Part shown: piece after piece, positions 22,062 to 32,464 of the stretch
Numbering within the stretch: the stretch's first letter is position 1
Layout of the letters: the number at the start of each line of letters is the position of its first letter
NCBI GenBank assembly: GCA_963667015.2
Contig: CAXXJJ010000001.1
Coordinates: 2,720,001-2,784,000, forward strand
Direction of reading: 5' to 3'
Source of the DNA: Desulfatiglandales bacterium
GTDB taxonomy: Bacteria > Desulfobacterota > DSM-4660 > Desulfatiglandales > HGW-15
Length of the DNA: 64,000 nt
The notes under the pieces: model-generated
Database searches by the model: none
Told to the model about the DNA's origin: nothing
Seen by the model: the letters and a program-made list of their open reading frames with translations, nothing else
Translations under genes and position numbers: made by a program

Positions 22062-22136
22062 ATTATCCTTCCTGTCTGTGACCTTTATTCAAATGAATTG
22101 ATTCTTAACCTGATTCGATAACCCTTGATCCGGCCT

Positions 22137-23012
22137 TTATAATCCTGCCTCATCCAGTATTTTTGGCACTTTATCTTCCCAGCCTGCAGTGGATATCATT
22201 ATACCCGCCATACCCAGTTCCCTGAGCTGGCCTATTATCTCTGAGGCTGTATTGATGCATTGTTTCTGTTTGTCAGGGGCCTTCTGTATTTCCCTTATTA
22301 TTTCTGAAGGGATTGAAATATTTTTTATATTCCTGTCGATGTATCTGGCCATTCCGGCTGACTTTAAAAGAAGCACAGTTGGTATCACGGCTACATCCAT
22401 ATCTTTAATACGTTTACTGAACTGTTTAAAACTATGGATATCAAATATCGGGTTGGTAATAATGAATTCAATACCGCTGTTGATCTTTTTCTGAAGGTTT
22501 TCCAGTTCAAGTTCGAGAAGGCCTCCCGGTGCGTTTGTGTCTATAACTGAGCCCATAAAGAAACCGGGTGCGCCTGTTAATTCTATTCCCGCCAGGTCTT
22601 TACCATTTTCGAGTGTTTTTATGGCTTCAATAAGTTCCAGAGAGTCAAGATCATTGACCGCTCTTGCCTTTGGATGATCCCCGAAATGAATATCTTCCCC
22701 CTGCACAGCCATTATATTCGGTATCCCGAGGGCCGCTGCGGTCAGTATATCTGCCTGCAGGGCCAGCCTGTTCCTGTCCCTGCAGCAGACCTGATACACG
22801 GTCTCCATCCCCTCACTCTGCAGATAGGCGCAGCTTCCCAGCGAGCCAGCCTTCATTACGGCATTTGCCATTTCTGGGACTAATAATGCATCTACTCTTC
22901 CCTTTACCAGGTTTGCGTTTTTCCGGAAGGATGAGAAATCAGCGCCTTTCGGTGGTTCAAATTCTTCAATAACTACAAATTGGCCGGACTTGATCTTATT
23001 TTTCAAGGACAT
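22137..23012 (-). CDS. Second MetF-family (MTHFR-like) protein
   Basis: EFEPPKG, RDRNRLALQADIL, FIITNPIFD. Start moved to ATG 23012 after GGAGG. Confidence 0.8.
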   Translation of the reverse strand: MSLKNKIKSGQFVVIEEFEPPKGADFSSFRKNANLVKGRVDALLVPEMANAVMKAGSLGSCAYLQSEGMETVYQVCCRDRNRLALQADILTAAALGIPNIMAVQGEDIHFGDHPKARAVNDLDSLELIEAIKTLENGKDLAGIELTGAPGFFMGSVIDTNAPGGLLELELENLQKKINSGIEFIITNPIFDIHSFKQFSKRIKDMDVAVIPTVLLLKSAGMARYIDRNIKNISIPSEIIREIQKAPDKQKQCINTASEIIGQLRELGMAGIMISTAGWEDKVPKILDEAGL

Positions 23013-23028
23013 CTTGTGCGCCTCCAGG

Positions 23029-23403
23029 TTATTGCGATAGACTGTTGATAGCGTTTGAAACGGCCATCTCAAGATCATCAATTCCAAATGATTTTATGTG
23101 ATAATAGAATATCTTCTGCTGCCGGATCTTACTTTCCAGTTCGGGGGTATTGCTTTCGGCACAGATTATTACCGGCAGGTCTTTTTCTATTCCCTTTATT
23201 ACCGAAATAAATCCGCAGTCATCCTCAAGAAGGGCTGCATCAATGACAAGAGCATCCACTCTTCCTTCCTGAAGTGAGAGAAGTGTTTCCTTTAAACTAT
23301 CGACCTTGATCAGCCTTATTCCATGCTTTTCAAGAAAAGGAGAGAGTTCCTTTGAGGTTGTTTCCAGCGGTTCTGAAAAAAGTACTATTTTTTCTTTTTC
23401 CAT
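23029..23403 (-). CDS. Atypical receiver-domain protein
   Basis: REC-like pattern (VDALVID, PVIICA) lacking the N-terminal acidic pair. Confidence 0.6.
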   Translation of the reverse strand: MEKEKIVLFSEPLETTSKELSPFLEKHGIRLIKVDSLKETLLSLQEGRVDALVIDAALLEDDCGFISVIKGIEKDLPVIICAESNTPELESKIRQQKIFYYHIKSFGIDDLEMAVSNAINSLSQ

Positions 23404-23515
23404 AAGCTCGTGACTTTTATATTCAGTAATAAATCTGATACTTGAGAATGAATAAAAATAATTCTGAACTTCGGTTTGCTGGTGATAAAAATAATTCTGT
23501 ACAATTTATATATAA

Positions 23516-23531
23516 AGCAAGTGTCGTGCCT
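23516..23531 (-). promoter_or_regulatory. Sigma-54 promoter of the metF-hdr cluster
   Basis: Minus strand AGGCACGACACTTGCT (GG-N10-GC). Confidence 0.75.
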
Positions 23532-24124
23532 TTTTATGACAGGTAGAAGAATAGACTGGTAAAACAGGATGTTATGTCAAGCCTGACTAATTTTGAATAT
23601 AATCATATTTAGGGTAAAAATGTCGCAAAATGATGAGTAAACATTTATAACTCCCTGAAATAATGGATAAAAAATACTCAAAGAGATATATGTTCTCATA
23701 TGGGATATAATTACCCATTTATTTTTAGTGATATGAGATTGGAATTTTGTCCATATTTCAACCTTGAATCCTTGTATAAAGATTATTTTTCTAATAGATT
23801 TTTGTTTTGTTCTCCCTTCATCTCTTGTTGTTAATTTTAAATTTAAGGTCATTAACAATATACGATTTATGTCAATATATTGACTTCTATTTCATGATAG
23901 CACCGATTATTGACCTTGATCGCCATTATTTACGCTATACTGCAGAAATAAAATAAAACTTACAGGTGAAAAGTTCACCCGTGAGGATAGTACAACAGGC
24001 CTGACACCCCCCAGAATACCGCATTTTTAAAGATAAGATCTATCTTAGAGCAGTACGATGTTTTTATGAAGAGTTTATAATTGCCTGGTTTTTATTTTTA
24101 CTTACTTAATTTGTCAGTAATAAA

Positions 24125-24140
24125 TGGCATATATATTGCT
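24125..24140 (+). promoter_or_regulatory. Sigma-54 promoter of the hybrid kinase/DGC operon
   Basis: TGGCATATATATTGCT (GG-N10-GC), 62 nt before the start codon. Confidence 0.7.
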
Positions 24141-24202
24141 TTGGAATTGGTACCGGATTCAGGCAGCTAAGGATGTTATTCCAATAATAAATGGTGTGAA
24201 AC

Positions 24203-27200
24203 ATGCTGAAAAAAACAGACCACATTCCAATAGTTATATTGATTGCAAGCCTTTTTATAGCTGGAATGGCCTATAAGATATTAAGGGATAAGGAGCTTTA
24301 TGTCCACCAGGAGAATTTCCTGAACAGGGCAGAGCGTGGATTCAGGTATGTGGAGATTGAATGCAATAATGCCCTTTCCATTGAGAAGCTGTTAAATGCC
24401 TTTTTCTATGCCTCGGAGTCTGTATCAAGGAATAAGTTTGAGATATTTTCAAGGGATCTTCTTAAGGAATATCCCTTTATACAGGCCCTTGGATGGATCC
24501 CGAGAGTTAAGAATGAAGACAGGTTTTCATTTGAGCAAAAGGCACGACGGGATGGTATGGAAAATTTTCAATTCTTATACATTGGAAATGATAATTTCAT
24601 GCATCCTGTCGAGGAAAAGACAGAATACTTTCCTGTTTATTATATTGAACCATATTCAGATAATGAAAAGAAAGCTGGTTATGATCTGTCATCCGGTAGA
24701 GATTTTTATATCGCAATGCGTACTTCATGGCTGACAGGTAAAAGTGTAGTTACTGCCGGTTCCACCCTTTTTAATGATAATGGTTTACTGAATAATTTTA
24801 TTTTATTGACACCTGTATATGATAAAAATGCAGCAACATTTATCCCTTCAGGACGCGAAGAGGGCTTGTCAGGATTCATCCTCGGGGTTTTAAATTTTAG
24901 AAGACTGATAGAGGAGTCCTTCAGGCACCTTGAATTACCTGTCATGGTTTTCCATTTTTATGACATAACGAATGTAAGGGCTTCAGCTTCTTATATTATG
25001 TCGATAAACCTGTCTGATAAAGGAAAGCCTGATGAGCGGCCAGAAAAGAGGCAGCTGTTTCCCGGTGAGGAGTTGAGAGCTTCGGATCTCAATATTTTCA
25101 GCAAAAGCCATTCCTTCAGATTTGGAGAAAGAGACTGGGCGGTGGTTTCTGTCCTGGATAAAAATCTTGTTGATGAATATTTAACTAATCAGCCGCTTAT
25201 AGTATCTGTATTTATACTCCTGATAGGCAGTATGCTTTCCTATTTGTTTTACAGCCAGATTAAAAAAAGATCAGTGATAGAAGAAGAAGTAAAATCACGG
25301 ACAATGGATCTGCAGGAATCTCAAAAACAGTTGATAGCAACCAACCTGCAACTGGAAAAATCTGTGCTTTATTCAAATGAGATGGTAGTAAAGGCTGAGA
25401 TTGCCAGTGGTGCCAAGAGTGAGTTTCTGGCAAATATGAGCCATGAAATAAGGACCCCAATGAACGGGATAATCGGTATGACCGGCCTGTTAATGGATAC
25501 CGATTTAAGTAAGGATCAAAGGAATTATGTCGAAATTATTCAAGGCAGCGGAGAGGCTCTTCTTACCCTTATCAATGATATTCTCGATTTTTCAAAGATC
25601 GAGGCAGGTAAACTCGAAATCGAACATATAGGTTTTAATTTGAGATCCGTGCTGGAAGACACCGTCGAATTGATCTCGGTTAAGGCAAGGGAAAAGGGGA
25701 TTGAGCTGACTTCGTTTTTATCGCCCGATGTTCCGTTTCTGCTTAAAGGTGATCCAGGCCGTATCAGGCAGATACTGACAAATCTTATCGGCAATGCAAT
25801 AAAATTTACCGACAGGGGAGAAGTGTCGGTCCGGGTTAGTCTTGAAGGCAGGGAAGATAAAAGTGTAACCATATGTTTTATAATCTCTGATACGGGTATT
25901 GGAATTCCCCGGAACCGGGTAAATCATCTGTTTTCTGCCTTCACCCAGGTTGACGGATCAACCACAAGAAAATATGGGGGGACAGGGCTTGGACTGGCAA
26001 TAAGTAAACAAATTGTTGAATTGATGGGCGGGACAATAGGTGTCGAGAGTGAGGAGGGCAAGGGTTCCACTTTCCGATTTATGATAACATTTGAGCTACA
26101 GGAAGATGTTGAAGATCATTTATTTACGCATAATGTAGATTTAAGTGGAAAAAAGATTCTCATCGTCGATGACCATAAGACCAACCTGCTGTTTCTCAGT
26201 ACTCTGTTAAATTCCTGGGGCTGTAATGTTCTGGAAGCAGTCAATGGAGCAGACGCCCTGGAGAAGATTCGTGAGTGCAAATTTAATGGTGAAATCCCTG
26301 CTGCCGCTATCCTTGATATGCAGATGCCGGTGATGGATGGTATAGAACTTGCCAGCACAATCAGAAATGATCCTGAGCTGGATGTTGTAGTTTTGATTTT
26401 AATGTCTTCTACCGGGATGCAGGGTGAAAGTGACAAACTCAGTAAGGCAGGTTTCGCAGCCTGTCTCATGAAACCTGTCAGGCAGAGCCAGATTTTTGAT
26501 TGTCTTTCCATGGCACTGGAAAAGAATTCTGTGAAAGCTGATAAAAACAGGGAGGCCAGGCTGATTACCAAAGATTCCCTGCCACCGGTAAAGAGAGATC
26601 ATTTCAGGGTACTGCTGGCAGATGATTCTATTACCAACCAGGCAGTGGCTGTTGCCATTTTAAATAAACTTGGATACAGTGCGGATACTGTTATAAACGG
26701 CAGTGAAGCTATCAACGCACTGAAGGTAAAAAAATATCATATTGTCCTGATGGATTGCCAGATGCCGGATATGGATGGGTATGAGGCGACAAGAAGGATC
26801 AGGAAAAATAAGGATGGTATTAAGAATCCAGATATTCCTGTCATTGCATTAACTGCCAATGCCCTTAAAGGTGACCGTGAAAAATGTATTGCTGCAGGCA
26901 TGAATGACTATCTGAGCAAACCAATTGACCCGATGGTTCTCAGGGAAAAGCTTGATAAATGGCTTTCGGATGAGAATGCTGCTGCAGGGTTTCCTGAAGA
27001 GGATAATCAGGATATGCCTGAAGCTCCGGAAATGCGGATTTTTGAGCGGGAGATACTTCTTGAGCGGTTAATGGGAGATAAAGAGCTTGCTGATATAGTG
27101 ATAGACGGCTTTATAAATGATATCCCTGTTCAACTGAATGAAATTAAAAGAAATATTGATGAGGGAAAATCTGAAGCTGCAGGAATACTGGCACACAAGG

Positions 27201-27367
27201 TGAAAGGTGCCGCCGGAAACATAGCAAGTCCTTCCATACAGGGAATTGCCTTTGAAATGGAGAAGGCCGGTGAATCAGGAGATATTGATCTGCTTATAAC
27301 TCTAATGCCCAGACTTGAACAGGAATTTGAGAAATTTAAAATAAAAGTGAAAATGGATTCAGTATGA
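24203..27367 (+). CDS. CHASE-domain hybrid histidine kinase (HisKA, HATPase, 2 REC, HPt)
   Basis: [15 protein letters not shown] pattern, [19 protein letters not shown], two REC domains, AHKVKGAAG. Confidence 0.9.
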   Translation: MLKKTDHIPIVILIASLFIAGMAYKILRDKELYVHQENFLNRAERGFRYVEIECNNALSIEKLLNAFFYASESVSRNKFEIFSRDLLKEYPFIQALGWIPRVKNEDRFSFEQKARRDGMENFQFLYIGNDNFMHPVEEKTEYFPVYYIEPYSDNEKKAGYDLSSGRDFYIAMRTSWLTGKSVVTAGSTLFNDNGLLNNFILLTPVYDKNAATFIPSGREEGLSGFILGVLNFRRLIEESFRHLELPVMVFHFYDITNVRASASYIMSINLSDKGKPDERPEKRQLFPGEELRASDLNIFSKSHSFRFGERDWAVVSVLDKNLVDEYLTNQPLIVSVFILLIGSMLSYLFYSQIKKRSVIEEEVKSRTMDLQESQKQLIATNLQLEKSVLYSNEMVVKAEIASGAKSEFLANMSHEIRTPMNGIIGMTGLLMDTDLSKDQRNYVEIIQGSGEALLTLINDILDFSKIEAGKLEIEHIGFNLRSVLEDTVELISVKAREKGIELTSFLSPDVPFLLKGDPGRIRQILTNLIGNAIKFTDRGEVSVRVSLEGREDKSVTICFIISDTGIGIPRNRVNHLFSAFTQVDGSTTRKYGGTGLGLAISKQIVELMGGTIGVESEEGKGSTFRFMITFELQEDVEDHLFTHNVDLSGKKILIVDDHKTNLLFLSTLLNSWGCNVLEAVNGADALEKIRECKFNGEIPAAAILDMQMPVMDGIELASTIRNDPELDVVVLILMSSTGMQGESDKLSKAGFAACLMKPVRQSQIFDCLSMALEKNSVKADKNREARLITKDSLPPVKRDHFRVLLADDSITNQAVAVAILNKLGYSADTVINGSEAINALKVKKYHIVLMDCQMPDMDGYEATRRIRKNKDGIKNPDIPVIALTANALKGDREKCIAAGMNDYLSKPIDPMVLREKLDKWLSDENAAAGFPEEDNQDMPEAPEMRIFEREILLERLMGDKELADIVIDGFINDIPVQLNEIKRNIDEGKSEAAGILAHKVKGAAGNIASPSIQGIAFEMEKAGESGDIDLLITLMPRLEQEFEKFKIKVKMDSV

Positions 27368-28263
27368 AAGTTTTAATAGCTGAAGACGATCTTACATCAA
27401 GGACTATCCTGACTGCGATACTGCAGAAATGGGGATATGATGTAGTATCTGCAGTCGACGGAGAGCAGGCACTGGAAATGCTCAAGCAACCTGAAGCCCC
27501 TAAACTGGCCCTTTTGGACTGGAGTATGCCGGGTTTATCCGGTGTAGATGTGTGTACCCACCTGCGGGAAAACCAGGCCAATGACTCGATCTATATAATC
27601 ATGTTAACGGCAAAGAGTGAAAAGAAGAATATTGTTGAGGGGCTTAATGCCGGTGCAAACGACTATATTATAAAACCCTACGACAATGACGAACTCCAGG
27701 CCCGTATCAATGTGGGCAAACGCATGGTGGAAATACAGTCTGAACTGGAAAATGCAAAAAGCGCACTTATCCATGAGGTCATGCATGATTCACTGACAGG
27801 AGTCTATAACAGGAAAGCCATCATTGATATGCTGGAAAGAGAGCTTATGCGTACTGCAAGAAGCGGTGGAATACTGTATGTAGGTATGTGTGATCTGGAT
27901 TATTTCAAGCGGATAAACGATAACTTCGGTCACCAGACCGGCGATGATATACTTCAGGGATTTACCCGGATTATTAATGATAACCTGAGGAAATATGATC
28001 TCATTGGAAGATATGGCGGAGAAGAATTCCTGATTATAATTCCATCATCGGGGAAGATAAACGAAAAGATGGATTTTAAAAGGCTCTGTAATCTCGTTGC
28101 AAAATCGAATATTAAAACAAGATCAGGTGATCTTTCCGTTACGATCAGTATTGGAGTTACCGATTCAGAAGTTGAAAAAACTGTTGATCAAATTCTTGCA
28201 GAAGCAGACGGCGCACTATATAAGGCAAAAGAGATGGGGCGCAACTGTGTATGCTATGCCTAG
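27364..28263 (+). CDS. REC-GGDEF diguanylate cyclase
   Basis: REC domain; RKYD I-site followed by [12 protein letters not shown] overlap with the kinase. Confidence 0.9.
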   Translation: MKVLIAEDDLTSRTILTAILQKWGYDVVSAVDGEQALEMLKQPEAPKLALLDWSMPGLSGVDVCTHLRENQANDSIYIIMLTAKSEKKNIVEGLNAGANDYIIKPYDNDELQARINVGKRMVEIQSELENAKSALIHEVMHDSLTGVYNRKAIIDMLERELMRTARSGGILYVGMCDLDYFKRINDNFGHQTGDDILQGFTRIINDNLRKYDLIGRYGGEEFLIIIPSSGKINEKMDFKRLCNLVAKSNIKTRSGDLSVTISIGVTDSEVEKTVDQILAEADGALYKAKEMGRNCVCYA

Positions 28264-28301
28264 CCAGATGTTTTTTCGTTGAGGATCGTTGAAAAGAAAT
28301 A

Positions 28302-28330
28302 TTGACACCCGCGGATTTTACATTTATTCT
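28302..28330 (+). promoter_or_regulatory. Sigma-70 promoter of the argD leader
   Basis: TTGACA-17 nt-TATTCT. Confidence 0.7.
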
Positions 28331-28406
28331 TCTTTCCCTTAATTGATTAACATAAAAAAGTATTTATAGTAAAAACAGATAAAACGAAACAGAGGAAAGC
28401 TAAAAG

Positions 28407-28484
28407 ATGAATTTTATTACCTTAACAAACAATGCAGCCGCCAGACGCAGGGCCGGACGGGCCCGGTGTTACTGCTTGTTTTAA
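28407..28484 (+). CDS. Arg-rich leader peptide MNFITLTNNAAARRRAGRARCYCLF (25 aa)
   Basis: GAGGA upstream of ATG 28407; Arg codons AGA-CGC-AGG then CGG, CGG; lies between the promoter and the terminator preceding argD. Confidence 0.75.
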   Translation: MNFITLTNNAAARRRAGRARCYCLF

Positions 28485-28530
28485 GGTAGTATGGTCAGCT
28501 GAACCTAAAACTTATAAGCAGATATACCAG

Positions 28531-28565
28531 GCCCCGGTACCAATAAGTACCGGGGCTTTTTTTTT
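28531..28565 (+). terminator. Attenuator intrinsic terminator before argD
   Basis: GCCCCGGTAC-CAATAA-GTACCGGGGC followed by T9, 25 nt upstream of the argD ATG. Confidence 0.85.
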
Positions 28566-28590
28566 GAAAAAATTAAGGAGATGATAAAAA

Positions 28591-29781
28591 ATGAACAATA
28601 CAATTGATACTGAAGATAAACACACACCGGGGTTTTTTAAAAAAACGCCGGCTTCTGTTGAATACGGCAGAGGTGTGTATGTATGGGATGAAAATAATAA
28701 AAAATATCTGGATTTCACTTCCGGATGGGGTGTTACATGCATCGGTCATGCAAATGAAGTGATTATAAGGGCACTTCATGAACAGGGACAAAAAATCATT
28801 CAGAACCCGAATTCAGGTCTGACGTATTCACCTGTAAGGGCGAAACTTTTAAAACTGCTGATAAAGATAATGCCACAGGGGCTTACCAGGGTATTTTTTA
28901 CAAACAGTGGTGGAGAGTCTAACGATGCAGCAATAAAACTTGCACGCAAAGCAACCGGAAGGACAGGAGTAATTTCTACACACCAGAGCTATCATGGCAG
29001 GACTCTGGGCACTGTATCGGCCACAGGTCAGGCAAAACACAGGGAGAGATTCAATCCCCTTATGCCAGACTACAGGTTTGTCAGGTATGGAAGTTTGTCT
29101 GAAATGGAGCGTTCTCTGAATGAGGATGTTGCTGCAGTTATAGTGGAACCTGTACAGGGTGAAGGAGGAGTAAATATCCCTCCTGATAATTATCTGTCAG
29201 AAATCAATGCCATGTGTAAAAAGAATGGAACCCTGCTGATTGTTGATGAGGTGCAGACAGGTTTTTACAGGACAGGTCCCGCGTTTGTATCATCCGCCAG
29301 AGAGATAAGCCCTGATATCCTCACAATGGCAAAGGGTATTGCAGGCGGTTTTCCATTTGGCGCCTTTGCCATGACGGAAGAGTTGAACAGTCTGCTTGAA
29401 CCGGGAGACCATGGCGGAACATATTGCGGCAATCCCCTTGGATGTGCTGTCTCATGTGCTGTAATTGATTATCTTCTAAAAAGCAGGATATGGGGAAATG
29501 TTGAAGAAATGGGGCAGTATTCAATTGAGAGATTAAACATTTTGAAGTATAAATATCCTGAAATAATAAAGGAGATAAGAGGGCAGGGACTTCTACTTCT
29601 GATGGAGACATCAGATGACAAAACAGCAGCGGATATTATCGATAAATCTCTTTCCAATGGATTGCTGTTGAATTTAATTCAGGGTAAGTGCATAAGGATT
29701 ATTCCGGCCCTTAATATCAGAGAAGAGGAGCTGGGTGAAGGTTTTTCTATTCTTGAAAAGGTGATGAACTCGATAGAATAA
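28591..29781 (+). CDS. argD: Acetylornithine aminotransferase (class III PLP enzyme)
   Basis: FFTNSGGESN, SYHGRT, EPVQGEGG, DEVQTG, MAKGIAGGFP, HGGTYCGNPL. Confidence 0.78.
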   Translation: MNNTIDTEDKHTPGFFKKTPASVEYGRGVYVWDENNKKYLDFTSGWGVTCIGHANEVIIRALHEQGQKIIQNPNSGLTYSPVRAKLLKLLIKIMPQGLTRVFFTNSGGESNDAAIKLARKATGRTGVISTHQSYHGRTLGTVSATGQAKHRERFNPLMPDYRFVRYGSLSEMERSLNEDVAAVIVEPVQGEGGVNIPPDNYLSEINAMCKKNGTLLIVDEVQTGFYRTGPAFVSSAREISPDILTMAKGIAGGFPFGAFAMTEELNSLLEPGDHGGTYCGNPLGCAVSCAVIDYLLKSRIWGNVEEMGQYSIERLNILKYKYPEIIKEIRGQGLLLLMETSDDKTAADIIDKSLSNGLLLNLIQGKCIRIIPALNIREEELGEGFSILEKVMNSIE

Positions 29782-29844
29782 TCGAATAATGTATTTTGAC
29801 AGAATATAACGGTTCATGTAAATAATGTTGTAAAAATAATGATG

Positions 29845-29864
29845 GGGCACAGCGCACCGTGCCC
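29845..29864. repeat. REP-like hairpin
   Basis: GGGCACAGCGCACCGTGCCC, related to the copies at 971 and 52925. Confidence 0.55.
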
Positions 29865-29893
29865 TTCTATGGATGTACATTTGAGACCTTGAA

Positions 29894-30445
29894 ATGGAAA
29901 TTCTAAAACTGCCACATGAAATAGTCATAAATGAGAACCGGATAGGGGAACGGGTCATTGAACTCGGCAGGCAGATTACCCTGGACTACAGAGACAGGGA
30001 GCTTATGGTAATAGGGACATTAAAAGGAAGTCTGCCATTTTTCGCTGATCTTATCCGCAATATCCATCTTCCCATACTTACCGATTTTATATCAGTATCA
30101 AGCTATAATGGTAATATGCAATCGTCTGGAAAGGTTAAGGTCATCAATGATATTTCTATACCTGTCAAAGATAAAGATATACTTATAATTGAAGATATAA
30201 TAGATACCGGTGCCACATCAAAATTCCTGTTTGACCATTTTAAAAGTAAAAATCCTCTTTCTTTAAAAATATGCACACTGCTGAATAAACAGTGTGCGAG
30301 GATTTCCACCTTTGACATTAATATTGACTATGTCGGCTTTGATGTGCCCGATAAGTTTCTGATAGGGTATGGACTGGATTATCAGGAAATGTATCGCAAC
30401 CTGCCTTATATTGCTTCGGTTAAACGACAGGCTGAAGGTTTTTAG
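29894..30445 (+). CDS. hpt: Hypoxanthine phosphoribosyltransferase
   Basis: LKGS..FFADL, VSSY, ILIIEDIIDTG, FLIGYGLDY...YRNLPYI. Confidence 0.9.
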   Translation: MEILKLPHEIVINENRIGERVIELGRQITLDYRDRELMVIGTLKGSLPFFADLIRNIHLPILTDFISVSSYNGNMQSSGKVKVINDISIPVKDKDILIIEDIIDTGATSKFLFDHFKSKNPLSLKICTLLNKQCARISTFDINIDYVGFDVPDKFLIGYGLDYQEMYRNLPYIASVKRQAEGF

Positions 30446-30497
30446 CCTGAAGGCTGTCAGTCTGTAGTCTGCGCCAGATTTTTATTACTAATAGCCT

Positions 30498-30887
30498 TCA
30501 GCCTGCTTTTATAAACTGCATCAATTCAAAGACAAGTCCGCTGGTTTCCATATCCATGTATGCAACCTTAAGAGGTCCGAGGTCCGATTTCATCTGGACA
30601 CTTGCTCCTTTTTGTTTAAGGTCTTCAATGTTGTCTTCCAGGTTGTCCACAGCAAAGGCAAGATGTTGAATACCTTCTCCTCTTTCTTTCAGAAACTCCA
30701 TGTGCTGTGAATCACCATCGACAGGTTGAATGAATTCCAGTTCCATGCCGCCAACAATAACGGCTGCAATTTTGAATGTTGCCTCCATAGGTTTGTCCTT
30801 AAAATATTCTTTAGCCCCGGCAGGTACAGCGCGGTGTTCAAAGGGATCGATGCCATAGGATGTGAGACGTTTTATAGTATCATCCAT
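30498..30887 (-). pseudogene. VOC/glyoxalase (methylmalonyl-CoA epimerase-like) protein, 5'-truncated
   Basis: ELEFIQP, GEGIQHLAF, FELMQ present; first strand with the His ligand is absent (in-frame stop three codons upstream of the Met). Confidence 0.55.
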
Positions 30888-30960
30888 GTCCTTTCATGCT
30901 TTTGAATGTCTTAGTAACCTGTTGAAAATAAAATGAAAAATAATCTGCAATACTGGCATA

Positions 30961-31161
30961 CCTAATGAGCTTTATCTGGATATGAAGGCCGGAGACGTGG
31001 ATATTGATGTTGAGAATATTAAAACCTCTCTGGAGGTTGATCTTGGAGCCGGGGATGTGAATGTTAAGATTCCGGAGGATTCTGTTCGCGAGGTTGATGT
31101 TGATGTCGGTATAGGAGATGCCTCCATAAGAAGAAACGGCAGGGATAAGCTTGTACTGTAA
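30961..31161 (+). pseudogene. Fragment of a beta-repeat (toast-rack/adhesin-like) protein
   Basis: Reads LYLDMKAGDVDIDV..LEVDLGAGDVNVKI..VDVDVGIGDASI, a repeating D.G.GD unit, with no credible start. Confidence 0.45.
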
Positions 31162-31178
31162 AATTCCGGATAAAAATT

Positions 31179-31200
31179 GGGCAGACCTGTGTGTCTGCCC
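31179..31200. repeat. REP-like hairpin / possible terminator
   Basis: GGGCAGAC-CTGTGT-GTCTGCCC. Confidence 0.5.
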
Positions 31201-31220
31201 GCATTGTTTGTGTCGGGTTT

Positions 31221-32090
31221 TTACACATACCTCACTGTTGTAGGTTTCCGGTCAACAGTGGTAAAGAATTTCATTTTCGGGTAGCCTATGATTATAACAC
31301 TGAAAACCTTATTGCTTTTGGGTAGATCCAGCTCTTTCATTACTGCCGGACTCCCGTTTGCCGCAGCGTCAAATAACCCTATGTAGGTGTACTCAAGCCC
31401 CATTGTACGCGCCAGAAGTCCCATGGTAGTTGATGCAATAACACAGTCATCCTTTTTGGTAAATGTCTGATCCAGTGCATGAAAGACCATTACTGCAGGA
31501 GCATTGTAAAATATTGGGTCCAAACCCATTTCGCTGCTCTCTTTCATCAGGTTGCCGTAAAAGGCCATCATTTCGAGCTGTTCAATCTCCTGGGGATTTG
31601 CATTTCCTTTGGTTTTAAACTCTTCTGCCTTTTTAGCCGCATCAGCACCGCTTTTTACCATGAAATCAACGGAGAGATCTGAAAGTTTTTTAATCCTGTC
31701 AGGGTTCTGGATTACCATCAGTTCCACCATCTGGCTGTTTGTGCCTGTGGGAGAATACCTTACAATATCAACAAGTTTTTTCATGTCTGCTTCAGGTATC
31801 TTTTGATCTGTAAATGCCCGGTGAGATCTTCTCTGCCTTAAAAATTCAAATAAATCATTCGTTGTTATTAATTCTCTCTTTTCAATTTTATGGAAATTAT
31901 CCATGTCCATTTGAGTGTGTGTTACTGCTCCGGCAGGGCACAGGGAAATACAGCGGCCGCATATAACGCATGTGCTTATATCTGCAAAAACAGTGACCAT
32001 ATCATCCTTTATGGAAAAACATCTGCCGCATCCTTCAATGCATGTTCCGCATCCGGTACACTTGTCATAATCAATTGATACCCAGCTCAT
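31221..32090 (-). CDS. Nitroreductase family protein with N-terminal 2[4Fe-4S] ferredoxin
   Basis: CTGCGTC, CVICGRC...CP, RRSHRAF, SPTGTNSQ, IIIGYP. Confidence 0.88.
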   Translation of the reverse strand: MSWVSIDYDKCTGCGTCIEGCGRCFSIKDDMVTVFADISTCVICGRCISLCPAGAVTHTQMDMDNFHKIEKRELITTNDLFEFLRQRRSHRAFTDQKIPEADMKKLVDIVRYSPTGTNSQMVELMVIQNPDRIKKLSDLSVDFMVKSGADAAKKAEEFKTKGNANPQEIEQLEMMAFYGNLMKESSEMGLDPIFYNAPAVMVFHALDQTFTKKDDCVIASTTMGLLARTMGLEYTYIGLFDAAANGSPAVMKELDLPKSNKVFSVIIIGYPKMKFFTTVDRKPTTVRYV

Positions 32091-32464
32091 GATTTCCTCC
32101 TTAAGATTAATATATCCTCATACATTGTAGAGACAGTAAAAACCAGTCTCTACCGGCGAAAAATCTAATGTTAATGATTAATGATTAAATTTTAAAAGGT
32201 CAAGCCGGAAAGCAGAGGTCAGATGTTAGAAATCAGAAGTTGAGGTCAGAGAATAAGGTAAACCGTTTTCTGATCTCTGACTTTCGATATCTGAACTCTT
32301 GTCTTTCAGCTTTTCTTTTGACACATAAATTCATTCTTTACTATACTCCATTTTTGGAAAACCAGGCTTGTCAATTTATGTAGAAAACATCTTTACAATC
32401 ATAGTCATTAAAACTCGGCATTAAAAGTAATTAACCCTTAGACTGGAAGTTGGGGAATTTTATT

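Noticed and set aside
23577..23858. 93-aa ORF in the AT-rich spacer
   Set aside because: No RBS or motif; lies in regulatory DNA upstream of a sigma-54 promoter.
23940..24060. Possible riboswitch upstream of the kinase/DGC operon
   Set aside because: I could not match c-di-GMP or other aptamer consensus features.
30894..30896. In-frame UGA just upstream of the VOC ORF
   Set aside because: Sequence upstream is not VOC-like and has no start; truncation fits better than Sec.
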